From a bacterium (GTDB taxonomy: Bacteria > Krumholzibacteriota > Krumholzibacteriia > Krumholzibacteriales > Krumholzibacteriaceae): 64,000 nucleotides of DNA. Of this stretch, positions 26,802 to 37,391 are shown piece after piece; the stretch's first letter is position 1; each line of letters begins with the position of its first letter. The stretch is from contig CP070727.1 in assembly GCA_020350885.1 (NCBI GenBank), positions 3,732,738 through 3,796,737 on the forward strand. Reading direction: 5' to 3'. The translations under genes were made by a program, and so were the position numbers. Under the pieces are notes generated by a model. The model made no database searches and was not told where the DNA came from. It saw only the letters and a program-made list of their open reading frames with translations.

Positions 26802-29741
26802 GTGGTATGTTTATCAATGGATGTCGACGCGGGCATATGCCAGCGATATGCACACCGGCACTCCGAGTTTTTAACGTGGGAACTTTCGGCTGCAGAGGGA
26901 AACGTATTGTCCCGCCGAGCATCGATCCTGATCATCCTCTGTGCAACAGCCTCCATGGCACTCACCGTCTCCTCGGCCCGGGCCGCTCCCGTACATACAA
27001 CCTACCTCTGGCACATGCATCAACCGATCTACTGGCCTGAGCGGAGTACGTGGTATCCGGTACGTTACGAGACCGCCTACGAGACGATTACACTCGGTCA
27101 TTCCGAGAGCGACGTATACGGTATCTTCAACAAGGATGACCGCGTGCACGACTACCAGGACTATCCGAAGACCGCAATCCAGTCGGTTCTCGATCTCGCC
27201 GACGCCGGAGCGCAAATCAGCTTCGCGTCCGCACTCATAGAGAACGTCAAGAGTCTCGCCGACAACGGGTGGAACGGGGGACGGTACGCAACCGACTGGT
27301 ATCAGGATTACCGGACGGCCCGCTCGTGGATGACATCCGGCGGTCGCTCCCGGATGCCGCAGCTTCTCGTGGCCGCCCACCACCCGATCGCTCCGCTCAT
27401 GGACGAGAATGCATTGCACCGCGAGATTCAGGTCGCCAAGGTGGCATACGGGATTGCCTGGGGGGATACCAGTTATTCGAAGGGGTACTTTCCCGCCGAG
27501 TTGTGTTTCTCCCAGCGGATGATACCGGTCCTCGCAGCAGCCGGCATCGAGTGGGTCGTCATAGCGGATATCCATATCTCCCGGGCCTGCATCGACTACC
27601 CGTACACCGCCCACGAGGACAACTGCGATCCCCCCAACATGGCCGACCAGCTGAATCCTGTTCAAGGGTACTACGAAAGCACCGCCATAAGCCGCGGAGT
27701 AACCGTGAAGATCCCTCCGCCCTTCGGTTACAGGCCGCACTATGCACGGTATGTCGATCCCGTCACGGGAGAGGCCGACTCGATAATTGTCGTTCCCGCC
27801 GCCAATGCCATGAGCTGGAACGAGGGATACAGCATGTACGGCACCGGAGAGATCGACGCCATCGCCCCGCATAACGATCCGAACCACCCGATGCTGATCC
27901 TCTTTGCACACGACGGCGACAATGCCTGGTCCGGGGGATATTCCTATTACAACGAGAACGTTACGAGTTTCTGCCACGAGGCTGCATCGAAGGGCTACGA
28001 ACCGACCACCGTTGCCGAGTACCTGGCGGATCACCCGATCGATCCATCCGACATCGTCCATGTCGAAGACGGCGGATGGGTGAACGCTGATGGCGATTTC
28101 GGCTCACCCCAATTCATCAACTGGAACTGGCCCCTGGTGGATGCGGACGGCAACTTCGACATCCCCGGCGGTTGGGCCGAGGACGAACGGAACTGGGCGG
28201 TGATGACCGCGGCACAGAACCGGGTGGAGACGGCCGAGGCGATCTCCGGCGTGGAGCCGGACCCGGAACACATCTTCGATCCGATGACCGGCGCGAACAA
28301 CGTCGAAAAGGCATGGCATCATCTGCTCTCGAGCTACGAGAGCGGGTACATGTACTACGGCACATCACTCGATATGGAAGTGAAGGCCACCCTGGCGGCA
28401 AACGCCGCTGTTCTCTATGCCGATGCCGTCATCAACGGCGGAGGAGGAGATACCACACCACCCACGGTCTGGCTCCCCCAGAGGCTTCCATGGAATCCCG
28501 GTGGTAGAGGCGGCGGGGCCCTGTGGGGCTATCCAGGTGGAGAGGGAACCGAGATGCCGAGTGATTTCTGGGTCTGGACCTTTGCCTACGATGTCTCGGG
28601 TGTGGCACGTGTGGAGCTCAAGTACCGGTTGGACATTGACGGAACGAATCCGTCAACAAACGATCAGAACGAAACGTATATAGGTGGTGCTGAGGTTGGA
28701 ACCTGGCAGACACTTCCGATGACACACCGCCCCTTCCCGAAAGGGAATTTCTTCGGTGATCCGAGCATCAACTTCTTTGTACTCCCCGAATATATTGCCG
28801 ACGAATACTACATCCAGGTAATCGGTCTGTCCGAGGTGCTGGTCGACTACTACGTTGAAGCGGAAGATTCTGTGGGAAATATCAAACGAAGCCCCATCCA
28901 ACATGTCTGGATCGGTGAAGCCTCGGGACCACCGGCCCATCAGATCGACGGCGAGCTGGATACAACTGCAACACTCCTTGCCTCGAACGGCCCGTTCGAT
29001 CTCTATGCCGATTGGGACGGAGAATACCTGTATCTGGCTGCACAGGGAGTGGGAAGCACGAGCGGTTGGGACCACTTCATCATCGTCGGTGTCGATCTCT
29101 CGACTCCGGTCTCGGCCCCCTGGGCGAAATCAGGTTCCGTCGCCGACCGCAGTCTCTTTCTCGGCAACGAGGACGGTAACAACTGGTGCGGCTGGTTCGA
29201 TGAGTTCGAAGCCGTTCTCAGCGAAGGCGTCGATTGCGCCTCGGGCAGCTACCTGGAAGGTGTGATCAGACTCGAGGATTATCTCGGCACCCAGCTTCCC
29301 GGGGGCGTCTATCTCGCCGTTTCAGGCTACGACACGCCGAACGGCGGTTCCCTGCACGCGCAGGCCCCCGCCGGAGACGGTAACGGGAATATCGAGGATA
29401 GCGAGTATATCTTCTTCCCGCTTACCGTGACAGGACTCGAACCCGGATCCCCCGGATTCAATGGGACGCTCTCACTCTCCCCGGCCCGACCCAATCCGTT
29501 CGGCTCCGCAACACGGATCGATCTCTTCGTACCGAAAACGCAGTGGATATCCGTCGAGGTCTATAATGTCCGAGGACAGCGGGTATCGAAGCTCGTATCG
29601 AGAACAATGGCTGCGGGGCGTCATACACTCGAATGGAACGGGCGGAATGCACAGGGACATCGAGTCTCGGCGGGGATCTACTTCATCCGTCTCGACGCCC
29701 GGGATCTTACCCTCACCCGAAAGATAGTGTTCCTTCAGTAA
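26802..29741 (+). CDS. Secreted GH57-family glycoside hydrolase (alpha-glucan active) with CBM9/DOMON-like module and T9SS C-terminal sorting domain
   Basis: YLWHMHQPIYW (GH57 region I HxHQP), signal peptide, DWDGEYLYLAAQG module, C-terminus SPARPNPF...VEVYNVRGQRV...GIYFIRL matching the Por/T9SS C-terminal sorting domain; exact start uncertain (signal peptide begins about 26930). Confidence 0.65.
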   Translation: MVCLSMDVDAGICQRYAHRHSEFLTWELSAAEGNVLSRRASILIILCATASMALTVSSARAAPVHTTYLWHMHQPIYWPERSTWYPVRYETAYETITLGHSESDVYGIFNKDDRVHDYQDYPKTAIQSVLDLADAGAQISFASALIENVKSLADNGWNGGRYATDWYQDYRTARSWMTSGGRSRMPQLLVAAHHPIAPLMDENALHREIQVAKVAYGIAWGDTSYSKGYFPAELCFSQRMIPVLAAAGIEWVVIADIHISRACIDYPYTAHEDNCDPPNMADQLNPVQGYYESTAISRGVTVKIPPPFGYRPHYARYVDPVTGEADSIIVVPAANAMSWNEGYSMYGTGEIDAIAPHNDPNHPMLILFAHDGDNAWSGGYSYYNENVTSFCHEAASKGYEPTTVAEYLADHPIDPSDIVHVEDGGWVNADGDFGSPQFINWNWPLVDADGNFDIPGGWAEDERNWAVMTAAQNRVETAEAISGVEPDPEHIFDPMTGANNVEKAWHHLLSSYESGYMYYGTSLDMEVKATLAANAAVLYADAVINGGGGDTTPPTVWLPQRLPWNPGGRGGGALWGYPGGEGTEMPSDFWVWTFAYDVSGVARVELKYRLDIDGTNPSTNDQNETYIGGAEVGTWQTLPMTHRPFPKGNFFGDPSINFFVLPEYIADEYYIQVIGLSEVLVDYYVEAEDSVGNIKRSPIQHVWIGEASGPPAHQIDGELDTTATLLASNGPFDLYADWDGEYLYLAAQGVGSTSGWDHFIIVGVDLSTPVSAPWAKSGSVADRSLFLGNEDGNNWCGWFDEFEAVLSEGVDCASGSYLEGVIRLEDYLGTQLPGGVYLAVSGYDTPNGGSLHAQAPAGDGNGNIEDSEYIFFPLTVTGLEPGSPGFNGTLSLSPARPNPFGSATRIDLFVPKTQWISVEVYNVRGQRVSKLVSRTMAAGRHTLEWNGRNAQGHRVSAGIYFIRLDARDLTLTRKIVFLQ

Positions 29742-30003
29742 ACGGAAAAAAATCTGCCTGCCCCATTGAATTGAGGGAAAACCACGAGTCTCTCCTAACG
29801 GGTTTCTATGGAACCACCGCAAGCAGTCTTCGCTCTTTGACATTATAGAATGCTTCTAATAAGTTGTTTGATTCGCAATACGCACAAGGGGAACAAGATG
29901 GAAATATATTACGGGGAGCGGGCGGGATTGCTGCCGGTTTTCTTCCGACGGCCGGTACCGTCGCGACATGTGCCCCCGGTGATACACCGGACCGTTACAC
30001 TAT

Positions 30004-30528
30004 TCACCCGATCCGGGCCCGGCAGAGGCTGCAATATTCGGCACCCTTGGCATCGGTATCGGCAAGGCTGTTTGAGAAATGCATAACACAACGAAGATCG
30101 CTGCAGTGGGAGAGCCCCCACGTATGACCGAATTCGTGCATTATCTCCTTGAGGGTCCGTTCGTGGAAAAGCTTCTCGTCTTCGGGATATCCGTAAAAGG
30201 ATTGGCGCAGCCGCGGCAATGCAACAAACGCCTCCCTTCCACCCATCACCGCCTGCCCGAAGATGAAATTGAGTCCCGACGTATAGCAGTCCTCATCCAC
30301 GAGCCCTACCAACCGCCATGTACCGTCATTGGGTATCGCTTTGAGCGCTGCGAGAATCGATTCGCCCGTATACTGTTCCCGGCGATTATCGAATCCATCA
30401 ACCGGAATGGCGACCTCTTCTCCTATGACGGCCCTGTGGGGCAAGGATTGACCGAGTGCTTCCACGAGCCAATGCAGGAGATCGATACAGACCGTTCCGA
30501 CTGGAATTAGCTGCAATTCCTTCTTCAT
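30004..30528 (-). CDS. Archaemetzincin-like zinc metallopeptidase (M54 family)
   Basis: HEFGHTWGLSHCSDLRCVMHFSNSLADTDAKGAEYCSLC: HExxHxxGxxHC + C ... CxxC pattern of archaemetzincins; start set at MKKELQLIP (30528). Confidence 0.65.
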   Translation of the reverse strand: MKKELQLIPVGTVCIDLLHWLVEALGQSLPHRAVIGEEVAIPVDGFDNRREQYTGESILAALKAIPNDGTWRLVGLVDEDCYTSGLNFIFGQAVMGGREAFVALPRLRQSFYGYPEDEKLFHERTLKEIMHEFGHTWGLSHCSDLRCVMHFSNSLADTDAKGAEYCSLCRARIG

Positions 30529-30589
30529 GAGAAATGGTTTCCGCTTCAGCCCGTGTATATATGTAGCATAGGGATCTATTTCAAACTCA

Positions 30590-33500
30590 TTACAGCAGAC
30601 GCAGGATCTTGGTTGTTCCGACACCCTTACCGTCGATCATAACTCGCAGAAAATAGATGCCCGCTGCCGCCGGCCTCCCGGATCTGGTGCGGCCGTTCCA
30701 GCTGAACAAATGCCTGCCGGCGGGAAGATGCCCGTTGAAGATCGTACGCACGGTGCGTCCCGCCACATCATAGACGACCGCCTGAACGTTGTACCGCTCT
30801 GAGCCGCCTGCAGAGGGGGAACCGAGTATCATGGGTACCCGCACCATCGACCGGCTCGGGTTCGGGTAGGCGCTGAGTACCCTGACAACAGCCCTGAAAC
30901 CGTCTTCGGGAACATCGGTGGTCGAGGGTGGATCGGGCACGCCGTCATTGTCGGAATCCACAACGGCGACACAGAATGTATCGATGGCCGGTAACGTGGC
31001 TGCTACGTTGCTCGGTGTTGAGTCGCCGCCGAGCTCGCCGTCGGGCTCGGGATCCCAGCAAACGGAGGCAACGACACCGATCGATGTACCGACGGGAACC
31101 TGTCCCGGACCAAGACCGTAGAGCACATCCCAGGGAATCGCTAGCTCGCTCCCACCGTCATAACCGAAGATATGTTGCGGATCGAAGGCCATAAAGATCT
31201 GTGCACTCATGTTCTCGCTCGTGGTGTCACTCGTGAGATGCCACATCGACTGGGAATCGTACGGCCCCTGGTGCTGATAGGCGCCGTATTGATAATCGAC
31301 CTTGAATCCCGCCGCCGAGAATGTGGCACCCCGCTCCCATGTATCGATCGCCGTAAGGTCGGTATAGCCCTCTGGGCCGTCGACGTCGGTATCGAGATAG
31401 AGAATCCATGAATTCCCCTGCACGTGGCCGCGAATACCCAGGTAGAGGTAGGTCGAATCCCAGTCCACAAAGAGGACATTGATCTCGTTCGTATCCCCCG
31501 GTGCCGTGCCGTTCCATGATGAATCCCAGTAGTCCTCGCAGCTCACCCGTGGATCGGACCATTCCGAATCGGAAAGCCATCCGTCGATCTGGTATTTGGT
31601 CACTGGTGCTATTTCAACAGGTACATCGTCGGCATTCGTAACGGCCTCGTTTCCATTACCCGCATCATCCTGCACCGTGTTGGCCGCCAGCATGAGCTCG
31701 ATCGGCTCGGTCAGCGCCTCGATGGATGCGGCCGTGACTGCGCTCAGATCGAAGTTCAACCGCTTGTTGAATCCCGTGGTGGTGAGCGAATCGAGCACTG
31801 TTAAGCTCACGTCCGGGATACCGTCATCGTCGTCATCGAGCGAGATACCGGTCACTACGACCGTCGAGGCATCGATCTCTTCATCGAAGTACAGTACAAG
31901 ATGATCGGTCGCAGGGTAGTACGTACCGCTCAGTGGGCTCGGTCCCATCACATCGACGAGGCTGTCCCTCAGGGCCTTGAGCTCGGGGATATGCCCATCG
32001 ATATCCGTCGGACTCGTATAGCCGCCGTAGACCCAGACCTCGAAAGGACTGTCGCCGTAGAGTTCGTCCCCTTCGAGGAGTGTAGCGCTGAACTGGAAGT
32101 TGTGTGTTGCCCCCGCTGTGCCGACGATGATGGCGGCTGTTGCATCAGTATTCGTATTCTTCTGACCGAAGTAACCACCCCCATCGGGATCCCAGATGCG
32201 CTCGAGGGACTGTCCCGACCAGGTGAGGTCGAGGTTGTCGGGTGTAAAACCGCTCTTCACGTAGACACGCTCCCCCGAAGCCCTATACTGCACCTTGAGA
32301 TAAGGATAGCCGAGGGTCAGGGAAACGGTCTTCGTCACGCTCGGATGGACGATCTCGGCACCGACCGTGTTACCGACAGGATCGGTCACATTGAAGCTGT
32401 AGAAGTCGTTCTCCCGATCGATCCCCCCCACACTCACATCGCTGAGCGCGGCGACATGGTTCGTCTCGTTGTAATCGCCGTCGGTATCGACCCAATACAC
32501 GTTGTCGTTCGAGACGACGCTGTAGTTGTAGCCGGATCCCTTGCAGAAGAGCCACTGGAGCTTGCCGCCTATGCCATCGAAGACGGCAAGCAGGCGATCG
32601 TTGTAGAGAACGAGCTCGTCGACACCGTCATCGTCGAAATCCGATGTATAGGCGCCGGCGGGATCGACATAGAGGCCGCCTGCCCACCGGGCTGCCTCGG
32701 CATGGGCGTTCCCGCTTCGGATGTGATTGCTGTAATGGTGCTGCCAGCCGGAGATCTCGCCCCCGTCGTGCCAGCCGGTCTCATGCAGGTTGGTCATCAG
32801 CACGTACCAGGCCATTTCGCTTATGTTGTTGGCCGGCACACTAAGGATCTTGGTCAGGGTGAAGTCCCACTGGGTTCCGTAGTTCCACTTGGGGTCGTGG
32901 CCGTCGAGGTTCGAGTCCCCGGTGTATCCGGCCCAGTCGCCGTACCAGGAGTTGTTACCGCCGCCATAGCCGCCGTGCCCCCCCAGAAGACCGTAGGTGC
33001 CGTTCTGCAGTAACAAGGGCTGGGTTGTGAAACCGGGATCCTGGAGCACATCGGTCAGCTTCCATACGCCGACACTGCCACCGGCGTTCGCACACTGCTG
33101 GAGTACCCAGATATAGTTGTTCAGGGCATCGGGATTGCCCGCTCCCTGCGACACCTCTGCTGCGATCTCAGCATCGTTCCCGTAGATAATGATCTCATCC
33201 GAGGTTCCCGCCAGGATCGTGTTCCAGGCGTCACCCGCGTTCCAGTTCATCTGCCCGACGAAATCACCGTCCATCGGCAGAACCTTGATCGCGTTGTACG
33301 TGTAGATATGGTGATCGTCGAGCGGCCCGTTGTTGTACTCGCAGTGTATGTAGTCGTCGAGCAGCACCGCCCAGATGCCGTTATCGGTGAAGTCATCGCC
33401 TATGTAATCGATCACATTCGCCGAGGCGTCGGTGCCGTTCCCGTCGACATCAGGATTCTCACACCAGACGCGTTCGGGTACCCATGCCACACGCGGGGTG

Positions 33501-34636
33501 TAGCCGTAATGCGTTTGGATCATGTCGTTCTCCACAGAGACCGATTTGCCGTTTATCTCGTCACGGATAAACGGCATCATCTGCTGGCCCAATGCAGAAG
33601 AGATGATCTCGTACCGCCCGGCCGTGACGCCGGCGGCAAGCCAATCGTTGAATGCGGGGTCATGCCACTCTGCCGCTGAGATCAAGAGCCCCCCCTGGTG
33701 CCAGTTGAGCGGGAGGTTGTAGTAGTCGTGGGCGGCTAGAAGCTCGTCGGCGCCGTCATCGGGATTGTTTGGATCGCCGTCGTAGGCCGCCGCCTCACCC
33801 CGCTCGCCCCGGAAGACCGTTGTGTAGGTGAGCCCCTGGTTGAGATGGTGCATGAAGGCGACGTTGTGCGGGTTGGAAAGCATTTCGTTCGTGGCGGTGA
33901 TCTCATCGAGCACCCGTTGTCCGTCTGTCGTAAAGATATAAAAACCAATAGGGGTGTTGTCGTGTTCCGATACCGACGCTGCCACGGAACCGTATGCCTC
34001 GACCGTTGCGCCCGCCGCAGCGCATACCGCTTCCTTGAAGCCTCCGGGTAGCGTAATACTCGCCTCCAGGCAGGTCCACCGGTGCGAGCCGCGTGCATGC
34101 AGCACGGAAGCCCTCCCGCCCGGATACCTCCGCAGGGATGCATCGTCGGATGCCGCGACGGGAGCGACCCGGATGCGGGCCCGGATCCCGCCTCCATCGC
34201 CGTAGAGCTCAATCGCCCGATCCCACGCATGCGGCGGGGTGCCCGGAACACCGCCGGGAAGCTCCGCCGCCCCCCCATCCATGTAATCGAAGAGTACGAA
34301 TGCACGCACACCTTCACCGAGGAGCGGTGTATCCTCGGGTGTGCCCGGTGGCCGGTAAAGATTGATACGAACGGAAAGCCGGTCGACCCCCTGGTCGAAG
34401 TAGAATCCCATAAGATCGCCCAATCCATCTCTCCCACTGGCCCCGTCGTAGACCGGATCCAGTGCCTTCACACTCCCCCGATCCCACAGAGCGGGATCCC
34501 CTTCGAGTACCTCCCTTCCGGGCGATCTATCGACCGATGGATCCGGTCCGCCCGTCTGCGCACCGATTGATACGAGAAGTACGAAAAAGCTAAGGACGAT
34601 TACACTGAGGGTGGCCTTCCGCGGTAACGATTCCAT
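30590..34636 (-). CDS. Very large secreted GH57-related/glycoside-hydrolase-like multidomain protein with CBM9/DOMON-like module and T9SS C-terminal sorting domain
   Basis: 1348 aa; signal peptide; FMHHLNQ region reminiscent of GH57 N-terminal block; DWDSTYLYLGIRG module paralogous to that in 26802..29741; C-terminal YPNPSRS...AVVYDVAGRTV...GIYFLRV T9SS sorting domain. Confidence 0.55.
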   Translation of the reverse strand: MESLPRKATLSVIVLSFFVLLVSIGAQTGGPDPSVDRSPGREVLEGDPALWDRGSVKALDPVYDGASGRDGLGDLMGFYFDQGVDRLSVRINLYRPPGTPEDTPLLGEGVRAFVLFDYMDGGAAELPGGVPGTPPHAWDRAIELYGDGGGIRARIRVAPVAASDDASLRRYPGGRASVLHARGSHRWTCLEASITLPGGFKEAVCAAAGATVEAYGSVAASVSEHDNTPIGFYIFTTDGQRVLDEITATNEMLSNPHNVAFMHHLNQGLTYTTVFRGERGEAAAYDGDPNNPDDGADELLAAHDYYNLPLNWHQGGLLISAAEWHDPAFNDWLAAGVTAGRYEIISSALGQQMMPFIRDEINGKSVSVENDMIQTHYGYTPRVAWVPERVWCENPDVDGNGTDASANVIDYIGDDFTDNGIWAVLLDDYIHCEYNNGPLDDHHIYTYNAIKVLPMDGDFVGQMNWNAGDAWNTILAGTSDEIIIYGNDAEIAAEVSQGAGNPDALNNYIWVLQQCANAGGSVGVWKLTDVLQDPGFTTQPLLLQNGTYGLLGGHGGYGGGNNSWYGDWAGYTGDSNLDGHDPKWNYGTQWDFTLTKILSVPANNISEMAWYVLMTNLHETGWHDGGEISGWQHHYSNHIRSGNAHAEAARWAGGLYVDPAGAYTSDFDDDGVDELVLYNDRLLAVFDGIGGKLQWLFCKGSGYNYSVVSNDNVYWVDTDGDYNETNHVAALSDVSVGGIDRENDFYSFNVTDPVGNTVGAEIVHPSVTKTVSLTLGYPYLKVQYRASGERVYVKSGFTPDNLDLTWSGQSLERIWDPDGGGYFGQKNTNTDATAAIIVGTAGATHNFQFSATLLEGDELYGDSPFEVWVYGGYTSPTDIDGHIPELKALRDSLVDVMGPSPLSGTYYPATDHLVLYFDEEIDASTVVVTGISLDDDDDGIPDVSLTVLDSLTTTGFNKRLNFDLSAVTAASIEALTEPIELMLAANTVQDDAGNGNEAVTNADDVPVEIAPVTKYQIDGWLSDSEWSDPRVSCEDYWDSSWNGTAPGDTNEINVLFVDWDSTYLYLGIRGHVQGNSWILYLDTDVDGPEGYTDLTAIDTWERGATFSAAGFKVDYQYGAYQHQGPYDSQSMWHLTSDTTSENMSAQIFMAFDPQHIFGYDGGSELAIPWDVLYGLGPGQVPVGTSIGVVASVCWDPEPDGELGGDSTPSNVAATLPAIDTFCVAVVDSDNDGVPDPPSTTDVPEDGFRAVVRVLSAYPNPSRSMVRVPMILGSPSAGGSERYNVQAVVYDVAGRTVRTIFNGHLPAGRHLFSWNGRTRSGRPAAAGIYFLRVMIDGKGVGTTKILRLL

Positions 34637-35040
34637 GATTTCACTCCCTTGAATAAGCTATTAGCATACATTAGTTTAACCGATTTTCTTCATTTTGTCA
34701 ATTCAATGCTTCGTGGAGGGCCGGCAGTGCTCATGGGGAACCGGTGCAGCACTCACCGGCCGTACCTTTCGAATGAGACTGTTTCGTATATAATAATTAT
34801 ACCTAGACGTCTCGGTCGCAAGGGCTAGGCGAGAAAGAACTTGTCCCCGAGGTGCTGATTGGATATCTTCCAGTATGAGACGCTTCCGATCCCGTTTCGG
34901 GGAACGGTATCGATTCCCGGAACGTGCGGATCGAAGCCGTCACGACGAGGAGAGAGTCACCCCACCTATATTCCCCTAAAATACCCTCGAACCGTGTGTG
35001 ATAAACACGATAGGGGCTACGCAAGAAGGAGGGAGATGAG

Positions 35041-37296
35041 ATGCTTCTGCGTAAGAATGTCGTTGTCATGCCGGTGTTTTGTGTGATGCTCCTCGCCGTC
35101 GCATCCTCGGGCATGTGGGCCCGCGATCCGCTCGACAAAGCGGCGGGAAAGGCGCATCAGAAACCTGAAAGGATCCGTGTCATTGACGGTAGCAACGTCC
35201 ACGATGTCGGCGAGCTCCAGGTGCACGTGGCCAACTGGGGACTATTCGGCTCGTTCCCATCTTCGAATTTTCCGTGCTCGCACGCCCCTTCCGCACAGTG
35301 GCCGGCCGGCAGCGGTATCGAGCACCTCTTCGGCGCCGGCCTCTGGGTCGGTGCGATAAAGAACGGGGTTCCCCACGTATCCACGTCACTCTTCGAGTTC
35401 GAGTTCATGCCCACGGATGATACGCTCGATGTGATCTACCGGACGTTCGAGGGGGCGCCGAACGGCGCCCGCATACCCTCTCCGTTCGCCGATGATGACG
35501 GTGACGGGGCGAGGGACGAGGACTTCCTCGACGGCCACGACAACGACGGTGACGGTCTCATCGATGAGGACTTCGCCGCCGTCTCGACGCAGATGTTCAG
35601 CTGCTGGTTCACCGACGACCAGCCGAATGCAACGGGCATCTACCCCGAGCACGAACCCCTCAATCTCCTTGTCAGGCAGGAGAGCTACCAGTGGGATGAT
35701 CCCCGCTTCGACGACTTTGTTGGAATTAAATTCACAATCACCAATACTGGCAACGTTCTGCTCGAGGATGTCCATCTGGGGTTCTTCGCGGACTGCGATG
35801 TCGGTCACCGAGATCGCCCGCAGTACTGGGAAGACGATGCCGAAGGGAGCTGGCGGGGAGCCCGCTGCACCGATATCGGACCCGCCCATCTGAATATCGG
35901 GTACTGTTACGATGCCGACGGGGACGAAGGCATGACAACGAGCTACTTCGGCGTTATGCTGCTCGGCCACACCATCGACCCGCTCGGTCTCCGGGCCCCG
36001 CGCCACGTCGAGCTCCATGCCTACCGGGTATTCAGCGGCACGCAACCCTACGAAAACGGTGGTGATCCCGTCAACGATTTCCAGCGATACGAAGTGCTCT
36101 CCACGTGGCGCATCGATGCAAACAGCCCCTCACCGAGGGACGTACGGTTCGTGATGAGCACGGGATCATTCCCGGAGCTCCCCCCCGGTGAGACGATCGT
36201 CATCCACATCGGACTCGTCGCCGGCGAGGGGCTCGAAGGCATGCTCGATAACGCCGCCTCGGCCCAGCGTCTCTTCGACGGCATCTGGTACGACTTCGAC
36301 GGTGACCCGGCGACAGGCATCGCCGGCAGGGAATCCCCCGTCTACGGTCCTGCACAGAACGTGTACATCGACGAATGCCGGCTGGATATCATCCAGCCCA
36401 TCGACGTCCCGGCAGGATCGGTCGTTTGGATCAACAACGACTGCCAGCGCGAGACGGAGCGTAAGCATATATGCTCATACGGCAGTGCCGACAGCCTCCT
36501 CTACCGGACCGGTGTCGCCGGCAGGGAAACACAGATCAACTGGTTTCTCGATGTCCCACCCCTTTCACTGCCCGTCCTGGACATCCGGCCGAGGCTGTGT
36601 CCGAATCCATTCCACCTGAAATGGATCTATGGCAACAGGGGAAGGAAACGGCCCTGGGGCGCCTTGATCCGCATTGCAATCCTCGGGATGGAGAACTTCG
36701 ACGTCAGGGATATCGACATCTCCTCACTGCGTCTCGAAGGTGTCGAGCCGCTGCGCTGGGGACGGCGCTACCGGGACGTCTCGAGGCCGGTTACCGGAAA
36801 AACCGGGTGCGAGTGTACGGCCGAGGGCCGCGACGGCTACCGCGACCTCATACTGCGATTCAGGGCCCGGGAGATCGGTGAGGCCCTGAGGGAGACGGGA
36901 CCTTTCGAGCCGGGCGATGAAAGGATGCTCACACTTACCGGCCTGCTCGAGGACGGGACGGCATTCACGGCCTCGGACTGTGTCGTATTCATTGGAAGAT
37001 GCCCACGGCCCGGGAGACCGGAGCCTCCGGAAGACAAGGACGAGCAGATACGGATATCACCGAATCCATTCAATCCGGTTACACGGATCACGTTCTATCT
37101 GGCGGAGCCCCGGCACGTCAGGATCTCCATCTACGATGTATCTGGACGGCTGATCGAACAACTTGCAGACGGGTGGCGGGAAGCGGGTGAACATACAATC
37201 GAATGGAGAGCGGGAGGTATCGCAAGCGGAATCTACTTCCTGCACATGGACGGAGGCACTATCTCCCAGACGCGCAAGATGATCCTATTGAGATGA
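35041..37296 (+). CDS. Secreted protein with acidic Ca-binding-like DxDGD repeats and T9SS C-terminal sorting domain, function unknown
   Basis: 751 aa; signal peptide; DDDGDGARDEDFLDGHDNDGDGLIDEDF; C-terminal ISPNPFNPVTRITFYL...ISIYDVSGRLI...GIYFLHM; GGAGGGAG RBS. Confidence 0.55.
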   Translation: MLLRKNVVVMPVFCVMLLAVASSGMWARDPLDKAAGKAHQKPERIRVIDGSNVHDVGELQVHVANWGLFGSFPSSNFPCSHAPSAQWPAGSGIEHLFGAGLWVGAIKNGVPHVSTSLFEFEFMPTDDTLDVIYRTFEGAPNGARIPSPFADDDGDGARDEDFLDGHDNDGDGLIDEDFAAVSTQMFSCWFTDDQPNATGIYPEHEPLNLLVRQESYQWDDPRFDDFVGIKFTITNTGNVLLEDVHLGFFADCDVGHRDRPQYWEDDAEGSWRGARCTDIGPAHLNIGYCYDADGDEGMTTSYFGVMLLGHTIDPLGLRAPRHVELHAYRVFSGTQPYENGGDPVNDFQRYEVLSTWRIDANSPSPRDVRFVMSTGSFPELPPGETIVIHIGLVAGEGLEGMLDNAASAQRLFDGIWYDFDGDPATGIAGRESPVYGPAQNVYIDECRLDIIQPIDVPAGSVVWINNDCQRETERKHICSYGSADSLLYRTGVAGRETQINWFLDVPPLSLPVLDIRPRLCPNPFHLKWIYGNRGRKRPWGALIRIAILGMENFDVRDIDISSLRLEGVEPLRWGRRYRDVSRPVTGKTGCECTAEGRDGYRDLILRFRAREIGEALRETGPFEPGDERMLTLTGLLEDGTAFTASDCVVFIGRCPRPGRPEPPEDKDEQIRISPNPFNPVTRITFYLAEPRHVRISIYDVSGRLIEQLADGWREAGEHTIEWRAGGIASGIYFLHMDGGTISQTRKMILLR

Positions 37297-37391
37297 TATG
37301 GATCCGGCTGGAGCGATTACAGAAACGCGCGCCCGGTCTTCATGCATAGAAATGCTAAACGACCGGGCGCTTTCTCTATCCTCATACCCGA

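Noticed and set aside
31901-33013. 370-aa plus-strand ORF and several other >100-aa ORFs inside 30590..34636
   Set aside because: They are antisense to the 1348-aa T9SS cargo gene, which has a signal peptide, a C-terminal sorting domain and consistent composition. The antisense frames are Gly/Val/Asp-rich artefacts of the high-GC coding strand.
35386-36045. 219-aa minus-strand ORF and neighbours inside 35041..37296
   Set aside because: They are antisense to a secreted T9SS-CTD protein and carry no motifs.
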